DNA of 32,574 nt from Candidatus Cloacimonadota bacterium (GCA_029564175.1 JAKQQL010000500.1:1-32574), one strand, 5' to 3'. Shown: positions 9,052-19,681, numbered from the stretch's first letter. Notes: generated by a model from the letters alone, not told the origin. A program made the numbers and translations.

Positions 9052-9951
9052 ATGATTAAGAAGGTAATACTGCTAATTAGTGCGTTAATGCTGTTACTCA
9101 CTGCTTGTTCTCAAAAACCTTTAGGTTCAAAAGCAAACCCTGTAAAATTGTATTTTGTTCCTTCGATGGAAGCAAATAAGATTGTAGAAAGTGCAGAAGC
9201 AATATCAGATTTTCTACATCAGGATACGGGGCTTTATTTTAAAGTAGCTGTTCCGACCAGTTATGCTGCAGTAATCGAGGCTATGGGAAGTGAAGAGGCT
9301 GATATTGCCTTTTTAGCTACTTTTGCCTATATAATGGCACATCAAAAGTACAATGCTCAGGTTGAGTTGACAACTGTTCGAAATAATCTGAGTAGATACA
9401 GAGGTCAGTTTGTTGCTCAGACTTCAAGTAATATCAATGAAATTAAAGATATCCAGGATAAAGTGATCGCTTATACTGATGCCGCATCAACATCAGGCTA
9501 TATTTATCCTTCTGCCATCTTGAAAAAAAATCAGATTACTCCCAAAAAAGAGATCATGGCTGGGGGGCATCCTCAGGCAATATTAGCAGTTTATGAAGGC
9601 ACTGCAGATGTGGGATGTACTTTTTGGTCACCTGAACATGAGGGGATTCCTCAAGATGCCAGAAATTCTGTAGCTGAAACGCATCCAGATGTATTCAATA
9701 AGTTAAAAATTATTGGATTTACTGAATGGATTCCAAATGATACCGTTACATTTAGAGATAAATTCCCAAAAGAACTGAAAGATAAAATTGTTACTTCACT
9801 TCTTAAATATGCAAAAGATCCTGAAGGAAAGAAAGAATTGAAAGACCTATATCAGATTGATGATTTTATTGTGTCTCAGGATAGTGATTATGATATTGTC
9901 AGATCAACTCTTCAGACACTCGGAATGGATGCCAATGAGCTCTTCAAATAA
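9052..9951 (+). CDS. phnD: Phosphate/phosphite/phosphonate ABC transporter substrate-binding lipoprotein
   Basis: Lipobox LTAC, YAAVIEAM, STSGYIYP, GGH, IPND. GGAGG RBS before ATG 9052. Confidence 0.88.
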   Translation: MIKKVILLISALMLLLTACSQKPLGSKANPVKLYFVPSMEANKIVESAEAISDFLHQDTGLYFKVAVPTSYAAVIEAMGSEEADIAFLATFAYIMAHQKYNAQVELTTVRNNLSRYRGQFVAQTSSNINEIKDIQDKVIAYTDAASTSGYIYPSAILKKNQITPKKEIMAGGHPQAILAVYEGTADVGCTFWSPEHEGIPQDARNSVAETHPDVFNKLKIIGFTEWIPNDTVTFRDKFPKELKDKIVTSLLKYAKDPEGKKELKDLYQIDDFIVSQDSDYDIVRSTLQTLGMDANELFK

Positions 9952-10714
9952 ATCTTTACTAGAGATTAAAGGACTGAGTAAAACCTATCAGAATAATTTT
10001 CAGGCATTAAAAAAAATTGACCTGAAAATCCAAAAAGGTGAATTTGTTATTCTGCTTGGACTTTCGGGTTCAGGAAAATCTACTTTGCTACGATGCATCA
10101 ATCGTTTGATTGAGCCTAACGAAGGGGCTATCATTTTTGAAAATTCAGATATTACTCAAATGAGTAAACAAACACTCAGAAGAACAAGAAGGAACATTGG
10201 AATGATCTTTCAGGAATTTAATCTGATTCCCGGGTTTAGTGTTAAAACGAATGTTATGACTGGAAGACTTGGCTATCTGAGTACCTGGAAATCTATTAAA
10301 TTGACTGTTAATAAAGAAATAAGTGAGCTTGCTGAACAAAACCTCAAAAGAGTAGGCTTACAGGATTTTAGTAAACAAAAAGCCAGAAATCTATCAGGCG
10401 GACAAAAGCAAAGAGTGGCGATTGCCCGTGCATTAATGCAAGAACCTCGTATTCTGCTGGCAGATGAACCTGTTGCCAGTCTTGATCCTGCAACTGCTGA
10501 TTCTGTTATGAAATATCTTGGCCAGTTAAATAAAAACGAAAATATTACTATCATTTGCTCACTCCATTTTTTAAGTCTGGCCAGGAAATATGGTAGTCGA
10601 GTTGTTGCTCTAAAAGCAGGTGAACTTGTTTTTGACGGTTTACCTGATGAGATCACAAATGAACGTTTTCAGCAAATATATGGAGAGAATGCTGAAGAAA
10701 TTGATATTCGCTAG
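9935..10714 (+). CDS. phnC: Phosphonate ABC transporter ATP-binding protein
   Basis: GLSGSGKST, NVMTGRLG, LSGGQKQRVAIARAL, LADEPVASLDP, CSLH. Start probably ATG 9935 (or 9929). Confidence 0.92.
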   Translation: MSSSNKSLLEIKGLSKTYQNNFQALKKIDLKIQKGEFVILLGLSGSGKSTLLRCINRLIEPNEGAIIFENSDITQMSKQTLRRTRRNIGMIFQEFNLIPGFSVKTNVMTGRLGYLSTWKSIKLTVNKEISELAEQNLKRVGLQDFSKQKARNLSGGQKQRVAIARALMQEPRILLADEPVASLDPATADSVMKYLGQLNKNENITIICSLHFLSLARKYGSRVVALKAGELVFDGLPDEITNERFQQIYGENAEEIDIR

Positions 10715-10730
10715 TTAGTTTGGAGGATTA

Positions 10731-11702
10731 TTGACTCAACATCTGAAAGAAAATCTAATTATCTTTGCTTTGTTTTTATTCAACATTGCTTCTTTGCAGT
10801 ATTTATTATATTATTTAAATGACACTTACAGTCTATTTGTTTTACCTGCTATCTTTATCTCACCATTTATCAGTATGATACTAGCTGTAGTCCTAACAAT
10901 GATACCGATAAAAAGTTCTGTCGAATTGAAAAGAAAATTCATCATATTTCTAACAATTTTATCAATTATTTTGACAATGATTGTTGGTTTTTTACTGGTA
11001 GAAATAAGACCAGTAAAATTTGTGATGAACTTTCACAAAGCATATAATATACTGGATAAATTATTCAACCCGAATTTCTCTCTTTTTTTTCCTATGCTTG
11101 GTTCACTTATACAGACGATATATCTTGCATTGATGGCTACAATACTCGCTATTCCCTTTGCCTTTTTTTTAAGTTTTTTTGCTGCCAGAAATCTGATGCC
11201 AAATCATTTTATTCCAAATACGATTTACTATATTGTAAGAACCTTATCTACCTTTACCAGGTCAATTGAAGCGATAGTTTGGGCTATTATTTTTACTGTT
11301 TGGGTTGGTATAGGTCCATTTGCAGGAATGCTGGCACTGATGATTCATTCTATTTCATCATTGATTAAATTATATTCCGAACAGATAGAGAATATTGATC
11401 ATGGTCCGGTAGAAGCAATGCAGGCTACAGGAGCAAATACATTACAGGTATGGATTTATGCTGTAATTCCTCAGATTTTATCTCCATTTCTGGCATTTAC
11501 AATTTACCGCTGGGATATTAATATCCGAATGGCAACCATCGTCGGTTTTGTCGGAGGAGGAGGAATTGGACAGGCATTACAGCAACAACAGCAATTGCTT
11601 AGATGGAGTAATGTAAGTATGATTATGTTGATGATTGCAGTAACTGTCTGGATTATGGATATACTAAGCGCTAAGTTAAGAGAATACTTGTTAAGGAAAT
11701 AA
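10731..11702 (+). CDS. phnE: Phosphonate ABC transporter permease
   Basis: VGIGPFAG, KLYSEQIE, GPVEAMQATGA, YRWDINIRMATIVGFVGGGGIG. Confidence 0.92.
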   Translation: MTQHLKENLIIFALFLFNIASLQYLLYYLNDTYSLFVLPAIFISPFISMILAVVLTMIPIKSSVELKRKFIIFLTILSIILTMIVGFLLVEIRPVKFVMNFHKAYNILDKLFNPNFSLFFPMLGSLIQTIYLALMATILAIPFAFFLSFFAARNLMPNHFIPNTIYYIVRTLSTFTRSIEAIVWAIIFTVWVGIGPFAGMLALMIHSISSLIKLYSEQIENIDHGPVEAMQATGANTLQVWIYAVIPQILSPFLAFTIYRWDINIRMATIVGFVGGGGIGQALQQQQQLLRWSNVSMIMLMIAVTVWIMDILSAKLREYLLRK

Positions 11703-11703
11703 G

Positions 11704-12363
11704 ATGATAAAAGCTGTAATTTTTGATTTGGATGGTACATTGATTGATTCAATGGGGATATGGAAGAAAGTAGATATTGATTTTTTAAAAAAAAGAAACA
11801 TTGCTGTACCTGAGCACTTGTTTAATGATTTCAATGGAGGCAATAGTTTTAATGATCTGGCTGTATATTTTAAAGAAAAATTTAGTTTAAAAGAAAGTCT
11901 TGATGAAATTAAGAATGAATGGCATCAAATGGTAGAAGAATACTATCGTAAAGAACTTGAAATAAAAGATAATGCAATTGATGTGCTTAATTTGCTTAAA
12001 GACAAAAATATAAAACTGGCAATTGGTACTAGCAATTCTGAATATCTTACCCGTGAGGTATTAAAACTGAATCACATAGAGGATTATTTTAGCAGTATAA
12101 GCTGTGGATGTCATGATATTAAGGGTAAACCTTATCCTGATATATTTATGAATGCCTCTTCTGAGCTTGCTGTTGAGGCTGAAAACTGCCTGGTGATTGA
12201 AGACTCATTACCAGGAGTTCAGGCAGCAAAAAATGCAGGAATGATGGTTTTTTCTATCTTTGATGAACATTGTGGAGCAGAATTGAATGATGTCATTCAT
12301 CAATCAGACAGGCACTTTAATAATCATAAAGAATTATACGAATATTTGAGAGAAAATCTATGA
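11704..12363 (+). CDS. HAD-superfamily hydrolase (subfamily IA, beta-PGM/CbbY-like)
   Basis: FDLDGTLIDS, GTS, GKPYPD, IEDS motifs. Confidence 0.9.
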   Translation: MIKAVIFDLDGTLIDSMGIWKKVDIDFLKKRNIAVPEHLFNDFNGGNSFNDLAVYFKEKFSLKESLDEIKNEWHQMVEEYYRKELEIKDNAIDVLNLLKDKNIKLAIGTSNSEYLTREVLKLNHIEDYFSSISCGCHDIKGKPYPDIFMNASSELAVEAENCLVIEDSLPGVQAAKNAGMMVFSIFDEHCGAELNDVIHQSDRHFNNHKELYEYLRENL

Positions 12364-13019
12364 AAAAAGCTTATTTAACCAATAAAACAGAGTATCAGGT
12401 TAATACTATATTTTGTCTGGGCTTAAACTACATGAATCATATCAGTGAAATGAATCATACATTTCCAACACAGCCTGTCTTTTTTATTAAACCCAATACA
12501 GCAATTTCTTATCAAAATGAAGTCATTCATATTCCATCAATTTGCAAAAATTTTCACTACGAAGCAGAGATAACGCTTTTGATTTCAAAAGATTGTAAAA
12601 ATGTATCTGAAATTGAAGCCTTAGATTTCATAGCTGGATATGGTATAGGTATAGATTTTACAATGCGAGACCAACAAGAAAAAGCAAAAGCAAAAGGTTT
12701 ACCTTGGACATTGTCGAAATCATTTGATAAGTCAGCCATGTTATCAGACTTTATTCCCTTTGATAAACCTGAGTTATTAGAAAATCTTTCATTTTCACTA
12801 AAACAAAATGGTATAACAAAACAGACAGGAAATTCAAGAGATATGATTTTCAAACCAGGAAAGATAATCGCTTATTTATCTCAGTTTTTTACCCTTCAAG
12901 CTGGTGATGTTATTTTTACAGGTACCCCTGAAGGAGTCGGCACTTTATCTCCGGGTGATCATTTAGAATTATTTTTAAATGAAAATCTTTTAATTTCTTG
13001 CAATATAGGAAACTGTTAG
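12360..13019 (+). CDS. Fumarylacetoacetate hydrolase family protein
   Basis: CLGLNY-x2-H, FFIKP, HYEAE, DFTMRD, WTLSKSFD, GDVIFTGTPEGVG. Confidence 0.93.
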   Translation: MKKAYLTNKTEYQVNTIFCLGLNYMNHISEMNHTFPTQPVFFIKPNTAISYQNEVIHIPSICKNFHYEAEITLLISKDCKNVSEIEALDFIAGYGIGIDFTMRDQQEKAKAKGLPWTLSKSFDKSAMLSDFIPFDKPELLENLSFSLKQNGITKQTGNSRDMIFKPGKIIAYLSQFFTLQAGDVIFTGTPEGVGTLSPGDHLELFLNENLLISCNIGNC

Positions 13020-13093
13020 CAATTAAAGTAAAGTGCTTAATTTGAAAATTGTGATGATAAGGAAGGTATAAGGATAGAATAAGGAAACACGTT

Positions 13094-13873
13094 ATGAATG
13101 TAAATAAAAAAAATAGTATTTTTTTGATGATTTTTATGTCTGTAATTATAATTTTGTTAAATGGATGTCAACAAAAAAATCAGGATAAAGAGATCAAAAT
13201 TGGCATTTCCTCAAATTTGTATCCTTTTAACTATTATGATAGTTTGAGTGTAGCAGCAGGTTTTGAGATTGATTTAATTAATGAGTTTTGTAATCAAAAT
13301 CATCTAAAACCAGTTTTTGTTCAAAATACAATACCTGAATTACTAAAAGATTTAACGTCATCCAACCTGGATTTGATTATTTCTTCAGTATCTGGCACCA
13401 GTGAAAGAGTTAAAGTTTTTTCCGTATCTGAGCCATATTATGATGGAAATCAAATGATAGTATGCCTTCAGGATAGTATTCTTCCTGTCAAGAATATTGA
13501 AGAATGCACTCCTTACAATATTGGCATTCAGATTGGTTCAAGCGGACAGTATCTTGTAGAGAAACTCCTACTGGAAAATCATAAGATAAAACCCGATAAA
13601 ATTATGAAGGAAAAATCTATAAGAGACTTAATATCAGGACTAAAATCACATAAAACAGATATTATAATTATTGATAAAACGCTAGCTGAGTTACTCAGAA
13701 AAGATGAAAAATTGTCATTTTGTTCTGAAATTAGTACAGGTGAGAAATTTTCCATCATTATGCCTAAAGAAACATCATATAAAACCAGAATCAACCGTTT
13801 TATAAAGAAGTATAAGAAATCTGAACAATACAAACAATCCTTGAAGGATTATTTTTTGGGGAGTAATGACTGA
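13094..13873 (+). CDS. Amino-acid ABC transporter-type substrate-binding lipoprotein (SBP family 3)
   Basis: Lipobox LNGC, YPFNY, GFEIDL, ER-x3-S-x2-PYY, IGIQIGS. Confidence 0.8.
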   Translation: MNVNKKNSIFLMIFMSVIIILLNGCQQKNQDKEIKIGISSNLYPFNYYDSLSVAAGFEIDLINEFCNQNHLKPVFVQNTIPELLKDLTSSNLDLIISSVSGTSERVKVFSVSEPYYDGNQMIVCLQDSILPVKNIEECTPYNIGIQIGSSGQYLVEKLLLENHKIKPDKIMKEKSIRDLISGLKSHKTDIIIIDKTLAELLRKDEKLSFCSEISTGEKFSIIMPKETSYKTRINRFIKKYKKSEQYKQSLKDYFLGSND

Positions 13874-14529
13874 TGGATATTCAAAAGGTATATGATACAT
13901 TAGGAGAACACTTTACTCAGGTACAAACGCCAATTATCGACCTGATAAAAGCGCAGACAGACGATCCATTTAAAATACTCGTAGGAACAATACTGTCAGC
14001 CAGAACAAAAGATGAGGTCACTTCTCAGGTTGTTACCCGTTTGTTTTCTACTATAAGTAATGCTACTGAACTATCAGCTTTATCGGTTCAACAAATTGAA
14101 GATTTGATTTATCCTGTCGGATTTTACAGAAATAAAGCAAAGCATCTGAAAGCGTTACCCGATGCGTTAATCCAACTTTTTAACGGAGAAATTCCAGAAG
14201 AAATTGATGATTTAGTTCAACTGCCTGGAGTAGGAAGAAAAACAGCTAATCTGGTGAGAACTCTGGCATTTGAAAAACCAGCGATGTGTGTGGATATCCA
14301 CGTACACCGTATTAGCAACCGATTAGGATATATTAAAACCAAAACACCCTTTGAGAGTGAGATGGCTTTAAGAGATAAATTACCTCTTGAATTATGGTCG
14401 AATTATAATTCATATCTGGTCTCTTTTGGTCAGCATCTATGTAAACCTGTCAATCCACGATGTGATATATGTCCTGTTTACAATGAATGCCAGCGCGTGA
14501 ATGTGCAGACAAAGTACGTCAAGAAATAA
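13873..14529 (+). CDS. nth: Endonuclease III
   Basis: PFKILVGTILSARTKD, HhH LPGVGRKTAN, VDIHVHR, 4Fe-4S motif C-x6-C-x2-C-x5-C. Confidence 0.95.
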   Translation: MDIQKVYDTLGEHFTQVQTPIIDLIKAQTDDPFKILVGTILSARTKDEVTSQVVTRLFSTISNATELSALSVQQIEDLIYPVGFYRNKAKHLKALPDALIQLFNGEIPEEIDDLVQLPGVGRKTANLVRTLAFEKPAMCVDIHVHRISNRLGYIKTKTPFESEMALRDKLPLELWSNYNSYLVSFGQHLCKPVNPRCDICPVYNECQRVNVQTKYVKK

Positions 14530-14569
14530 CAAAAAGTAACAAAAATATGATTAACGAAAAGAAGGAATA

Positions 14570-15337
14570 ATGAAATTAATATCATGGAATGTAAATGGAC
14601 TCAGAGCTGTAATAAAAAAGAACTTTTTAGAGTTTATCCATACTAGTCAACCAGATATTTTAGGGATTCAGGAAACCAAGTTACAAGCAGATCAGATTCC
14701 TAAAGAAATACATGAGTTATCTTCTGATTATCATATTTTTTATGATTTTGCAGAAAGGAAAGGTTATTCTGGCACTGCACTGTTTACTAAAACTAAGCCA
14801 GTTTCTACATCAAACCGCATTAATAATCCGATTTTTGAGACTGAAGGCAGAATCAATTGCGCAGAATTTGAAAAATTCTATTTTTTCAATATCTATTTTC
14901 CGAATGGTCAGAAAGATGATGAGAGGTTGCAATTTAAACTTGATTTTTACGATCAGCTGTTTGACTATATTCAAGAATTGAGAAAAACAGGGAAACATAT
15001 CATCATCTCTGGAGACTTTAATACTGCTCATAAAGAAATAGACCTTGCCAATCCTAAAGAGAATGAAAAGTTTTCTGGTTTTTTACCTATTGAACGGGCA
15101 TGGCTTGATAAAATGATTAATCATGGTTATATAGATACATTCAGGCATTTTGATAAAAGACCCGATCAGTATTCCTGGTGGTCATACAGAGCTGGAGCAA
15201 GACCCAGAAATATTGGATGGAGAATTGATTATTTCTTTGTAGATGAAGGATTTATCCCTTATGTAAAGAATGCTTTTATAATGCAGGATATTGAGGGCTC
15301 AGACCATTGTCCTGTAGGGATTGAAGTAGATATTTAG
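14570..15337 (+). CDS. xth: Exodeoxyribonuclease III / AP endonuclease
   Basis: SWNVNGLRA, QETK, GYSG, YFPNG, GDFNTAH, WWSYR, GWRIDY, GSDHCP. Confidence 0.96.
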   Translation: MKLISWNVNGLRAVIKKNFLEFIHTSQPDILGIQETKLQADQIPKEIHELSSDYHIFYDFAERKGYSGTALFTKTKPVSTSNRINNPIFETEGRINCAEFEKFYFFNIYFPNGQKDDERLQFKLDFYDQLFDYIQELRKTGKHIIISGDFNTAHKEIDLANPKENEKFSGFLPIERAWLDKMINHGYIDTFRHFDKRPDQYSWWSYRAGARPRNIGWRIDYFFVDEGFIPYVKNAFIMQDIEGSDHCPVGIEVDI

Positions 15338-17094
15338 AAACTTGTTTCAATACCTAAATGAATGTAGCCTTCCATTGGACTTGTCCAGGTATTTTGAAAA
15401 TAATGTAATCCATAATCCATTCTTAATATACCTGCTTTGGTTAACAATCTTAATCCTGCTCCATAACCCACTACATCTTTAAATGTAATATTGATTGAAG
15501 GTCGTTCATCATCTATGTAAGCATAATCAACAAAAATAAAAAAACGACTATCTCGATTGGTAAGTAATCTTAACTCGTTATTAAGCCAAAAAATTTGGTT
15601 ACCACTAAAGAACTTTTCAGGAAAACCTCTCACACTGAATGTGCCTCCTACTGAATATAAATCGTAAGAATATAAACTCTTATTTTGAATGATTCGTATA
15701 TTCATTGAAGAATAATAAATCAGATTAAGCGTCAGAGGTTTTATAAAAGCAAAAGAAAACTCGTTTGATTGTCTTTTAATGTTTTGTTTCGTATTACTTT
15801 CAACGTCATTTGACAGTATAGATTGATTGCTAAAACTGAGTATGTGCTTATAAAGGAGAGACATTCCAGAAGAGGGATTCGCTGGATAATCTAAAGTAAT
15901 ATATGACCAGAATAAACCTGTCTTTTTTTGTGTACTTTTGTCAAATTTGTTTAATTTTCTACTACCTGGATTAATGTCTTTTAATCCCAATAATAAACCA
16001 ATCTGATGTTTATCAAAATATGTATAAAAATCTATATCGGTATTAATCTCAATATACGATGAGTCAACTTCTTCTCTTTCAAATGAAAGATTAAAAGCCA
16101 AAGGAATACCTGAAGGTCCGGGATCAGCATATTTCATTCTAACATATTTCTGATTGTTTTGACTTGATTGCCATTTGAAATTTAAGTTTCGGTCTGAACC
16201 GAAGAGATTAAGAAAATCAAAATTAAAAAAGCCTATAAAGCTGTTTTTTTGATTTTGATTGAAAGAAAGTACACCCTCAATTCTGGTCATTTTTGACTCT
16301 TTAATGTTAAAAAGAAGGGTTTCTGGGTTGATTGGGATAATTGAACAGTCCTCCAGATAATCTTTGCTGTTTAGGCTGTTTTCTGCTGTTTTTAACATGT
16401 CAGGAGAAATAAGTTTGTCTTTTTTTATTTTACTCATTCTGATAATTGAGTTGGCTTTTGAAATCTTATTGCCTGTAAAAAGGGCATTCGAGAATTTTAC
16501 CTGTTGATGTTCTCTGATTTGAAAACAAGCAGTCAGCAGAGAATCTCTAATACTTAAACTGTCAAACTTGACTTCACAAAATAAAAAGGCGCGACTTAGA
16601 TAGATATCAATGATTTTCTGTTTAATTGACTCAATGTCTTTAACTGAGAATTGATTTGGTTTAAAGTAGATAAATTGTTTGATTTTCTGATCAGATAAAT
16701 AATTGTTACCTTGAAAATGTAAATTTTGAATAAAAGGGATTTCTTTTTCATGAATTTGAAAAATGATTTGAACCTGCTGACTGGAGACTGGAATTTTTTC
16801 TGGATAAAGGACCACTGTAAAGTGCATATCTTTACTATCATAAAACTGGATAAGACGCATACGATCATCCATCAGCGTTTGATTATCAAGTCTATCACCT
16901 TTTCTTGTTTTGATTGTTTTTAGCAACACATCAGCAGGGTATCGGATATTCCCCTTAAATTCAACAGAACTAATAATTAATTGAGCAGAAGGCTCGTTTG
17001 TATTGATAGTTTCAGATGTATTGACAGGACTAACATCTTGAGCCATAAGGTAATAAGGAAGTAAAATTAAAAATATGATAATGAAATGATGCAT
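15334..17094 (-). CDS. BamA/TamA (Omp85) family outer-membrane protein with POTRA domains
   Basis: Signal peptide, POTRA-like repeats (VEFKGN, LHFQGN, LFTGN), NLFG, GG-x2-SVRGF, GYGAGLR, C-terminal Phe. Confidence 0.85.
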   Translation of the reverse strand: MHHFIIIFLILLPYYLMAQDVSPVNTSETINTNEPSAQLIISSVEFKGNIRYPADVLLKTIKTRKGDRLDNQTLMDDRMRLIQFYDSKDMHFTVVLYPEKIPVSSQQVQIIFQIHEKEIPFIQNLHFQGNNYLSDQKIKQFIYFKPNQFSVKDIESIKQKIIDIYLSRAFLFCEVKFDSLSIRDSLLTACFQIREHQQVKFSNALFTGNKISKANSIIRMSKIKKDKLISPDMLKTAENSLNSKDYLEDCSIIPINPETLLFNIKESKMTRIEGVLSFNQNQKNSFIGFFNFDFLNLFGSDRNLNFKWQSSQNNQKYVRMKYADPGPSGIPLAFNLSFEREEVDSSYIEINTDIDFYTYFDKHQIGLLLGLKDINPGSRKLNKFDKSTQKKTGLFWSYITLDYPANPSSGMSLLYKHILSFSNQSILSNDVESNTKQNIKRQSNEFSFAFIKPLTLNLIYYSSMNIRIIQNKSLYSYDLYSVGGTFSVRGFPEKFFSGNQIFWLNNELRLLTNRDSRFFIFVDYAYIDDERPSINITFKDVVGYGAGLRLLTKAGILRMDYGLHYFQNTWTSPMEGYIHLGIETSF

Positions 17095-17111
17095 GATATA
17101 ACAGCTGTTTG

Positions 17112-18167
17112 TTAATTTGAATAGTGTTTCTCAATCAAGGCGATTAACTCATTTAGTAATTCTTTTTCATCTACTTTCTTTATAATTTCACCTTTTTGAA
17201 AAATCAATCCTAGTCCTTTACCGCCGGCAATGCCAAAATCAGCTTCTCTTGCTTCTCCTGGACCATTCACTTCACAACCCATAACTGCAACTGTGATTTC
17301 TTTCTCTTCATAGGGTTTTAAGGCAATCTCAACTTGTTTTGCAAGGTTGATTAAATCAATCTGAGTTCGTCCGCAAGTAGGACATGAAACGATTTCAAGA
17401 CCTTTTCTTAAACCAAGAGATTTAAGAATCTGTTTGGCTACATATATTTCTTTCATAGGGTCATCTGTTAAAGATACTCTGATAGTGTCTCCAATTCCTT
17501 CTGCTAAAAGCGTTCCAATTCCTATAGAAGACTTAATGGTTCCGGTAAATTCAGTACCTGACTCAGTTACTCCCAAATGTAAGGGATATGGACATTTAGA
17601 ACTGAGAAGTCTGTATGAATCAATTGTTAGCGGTACAGATGAAGCTTTGACAGAAATTTTAATTTCTTCATAATTTAGTTTTTCAAGGATAGATACATGT
17701 TCTAAAGCACTTTCTACAATTGCCTGGGTACAAACACCATACTTTTCAAGCTTATCTTTTTGTAGGGAACCACTATTTACACCTATTCGAATTGGAATCT
17801 TTCGTTCTTTGGCATGATCAATCACCGCTTTAACATTGTTTTCTGAACCAATATTTCCCGGATTCAAGCGAAGAGCATCTACTCCTGATTTGATGGATTC
17901 AATGGCAAGCCGGTAATCAAAATGAATATCAGCGATAATGGGAATTGAAATTTGTTTTTTAATTTCAGAGATTGCCTGGGCTGCTTCCATGTTTGGAACT
18001 GCTACCCTGATAATCTGGCATCCGGCCTCTGTTAACTGATTTATCTGAGTAACAGTTTTTTCAATATCCTGAGTTAATGTATTGCACATGGATTGAATCG
18101 TAACAGGATGATTTCCTCCAATAGCAATACCGCCTACGTAAATTACTTTTTTGCTTATTCTTTCCAT
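17112..18167 (-). CDS. ispG: (E)-4-hydroxy-3-methylbut-2-enyl diphosphate synthase
   Basis: IQSMCNT, ADIHFD, RLNPGN, RIGVNSGS, HLGVTE, GDTIRVSL, SCPTCGR, MGCEVNGPGE. Confidence 0.97.
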   Translation of the reverse strand: MERISKKVIYVGGIAIGGNHPVTIQSMCNTLTQDIEKTVTQINQLTEAGCQIIRVAVPNMEAAQAISEIKKQISIPIIADIHFDYRLAIESIKSGVDALRLNPGNIGSENNVKAVIDHAKERKIPIRIGVNSGSLQKDKLEKYGVCTQAIVESALEHVSILEKLNYEEIKISVKASSVPLTIDSYRLLSSKCPYPLHLGVTESGTEFTGTIKSSIGIGTLLAEGIGDTIRVSLTDDPMKEIYVAKQILKSLGLRKGLEIVSCPTCGRTQIDLINLAKQVEIALKPYEEKEITVAVMGCEVNGPGEAREADFGIAGGKGLGLIFQKGEIIKKVDEKELLNELIALIEKHYSN

Positions 18168-18218
18168 TATTCTTCCTTTATCAATATGTTAACGGGATAT
18201 CTGTCAACTTATAATTTC

Positions 18219-19652
18219 TTACATTCTTGATCTGAGAGCACTGCGAGTCAGATTCAAAAACTCTGCGGTTTTAGATTTATTTCCGTTGAACTTAGCGAGT
18301 GTTTTCTGTACAATTTCTTTTTCAAGAGAATCGAGGTCAAAAGGTTCCTCAGGAATTATAATTTTTCCTGGCGTTAATACATTTTGTTCATCAATCGTGT
18401 AATACAAATCATTCTCCAGGAATTGTAAATGTTTCGCCTTTAGTTCAATATCATCATACAAAAGGACAACCCGTTCAATTGTATTTTGCAATTCTCTGAT
18501 ATTACCAGGCCATTCATAATTTTCAAGAAGTTTTCGTGCCTCATTACTGATGATTCTAAATTTTTTTTGTTTGGATTCAGCAAATTGATGTAAAAACATC
18601 TGAGAAAGAGGGTATATCTCTGCTTTTCTGTCTTTTAAAGGCGGAATAAATATTTTTGCTACGTTGAGTCTGTAATACAAATCTGCCCTGAATTTTCCGG
18701 CCTGTACCTGTTCGAGTAAAGTTCGATTGGTTGCGCAGACGAATCTGACATCTAATTTTATTTTTCTTGAACTGCCAACCCTGTATATCTCCTGTTGTTG
18801 AATGGCACGCAATAATTTTGGTTGCAAATCAAGGGGCATTTCGCCTATTTCATCAAGAAAGAGTGTCCCTTGTTGAGCCATTTCCATTTTACCAATATTT
18901 CCCCGTTTTTTTGCGCCTGTAAAAGCGCCTTCTTCATAACCAAAGAGTTCACTTTCAAACAGACTTGGTGATATGGCTGCGCAGTTGATGGTAACAAATG
19001 GGAGAGGAGAATCATTTTTTCCAAAATGGACTTTTCTGGCAATAATTTCTTTTCCTGTTCCTGTTTCTCCTTCTATCAAAACAGGTATTGATCGGTCTTC
19101 GTGTAACTTATCGCAAACCGACATAATTGACAGCATTGTCTCTGAAAATATGCCAACATTACCAATACCTGTAACATTAGAATAAGCAGTTTGAAAATAG
19201 GATAATTTTTTTCTGATGTCTTCGGTGGCATTGTCCAGGCTTTGAGTAAATTCATTCTTTAACTGATGATTTTCACTGAGCAGTGTCTGATGTTCTTCAA
19301 TTTTATCAAGAATTGAAGCGAGTTCTTCAATATCTACGGGTTTTTGAAGGTAATCCCATGCACCGTTTCTAAGCGCCTGAACAGCTGAATTCACGTCCGC
19401 ATATCCAGTCATAAGGATCATATCTGTATTTTTTCCTTCAGGCTCTTTTTTGATCATTTCAAGTAGTTTGTTACCATCCATGAGTGGCATTTTGATATCA
19501 CTGATAATAACCTTAAAATGTTTATCTTTCCAGGCATTATAGGCTTCAACACCATTTGTATAATCAAAGACAGAATGACCTAATTGTTCGGTTATAAAGT
19601 CTTTAATGGCATTTCTGCTTAATTCTTCATCATCTACCAAAAGAATATCCAT
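18219..19652 (-). CDS. Sigma54-dependent response regulator (NtrC/AtoC family)
   Basis: Receiver domain (VDDE, SDIKMP, KP), AAA+ (GETGTGKE, GAFTGA, LFLDEIGE, WPGNIREL), Fis-type HTH. Confidence 0.95.
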   Translation of the reverse strand: MDILLVDDEELSRNAIKDFITEQLGHSVFDYTNGVEAYNAWKDKHFKVIISDIKMPLMDGNKLLEMIKKEPEGKNTDMILMTGYADVNSAVQALRNGAWDYLQKPVDIEELASILDKIEEHQTLLSENHQLKNEFTQSLDNATEDIRKKLSYFQTAYSNVTGIGNVGIFSETMLSIMSVCDKLHEDRSIPVLIEGETGTGKEIIARKVHFGKNDSPLPFVTINCAAISPSLFESELFGYEEGAFTGAKKRGNIGKMEMAQQGTLFLDEIGEMPLDLQPKLLRAIQQQEIYRVGSSRKIKLDVRFVCATNRTLLEQVQAGKFRADLYYRLNVAKIFIPPLKDRKAEIYPLSQMFLHQFAESKQKKFRIISNEARKLLENYEWPGNIRELQNTIERVVLLYDDIELKAKHLQFLENDLYYTIDEQNVLTPGKIIIPEEPFDLDSLEKEIVQKTLAKFNGNKSKTAEFLNLTRSALRSRM

Positions 19653-19681
19653 ATCATCTCCAAATTGCTTCTATAAATAGA

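Noticed and set aside
11580..11595. Poly-Gln run in PhnE
   Set aside because: Only five mixed CAG/CAA codons, not a meaningful repeat.
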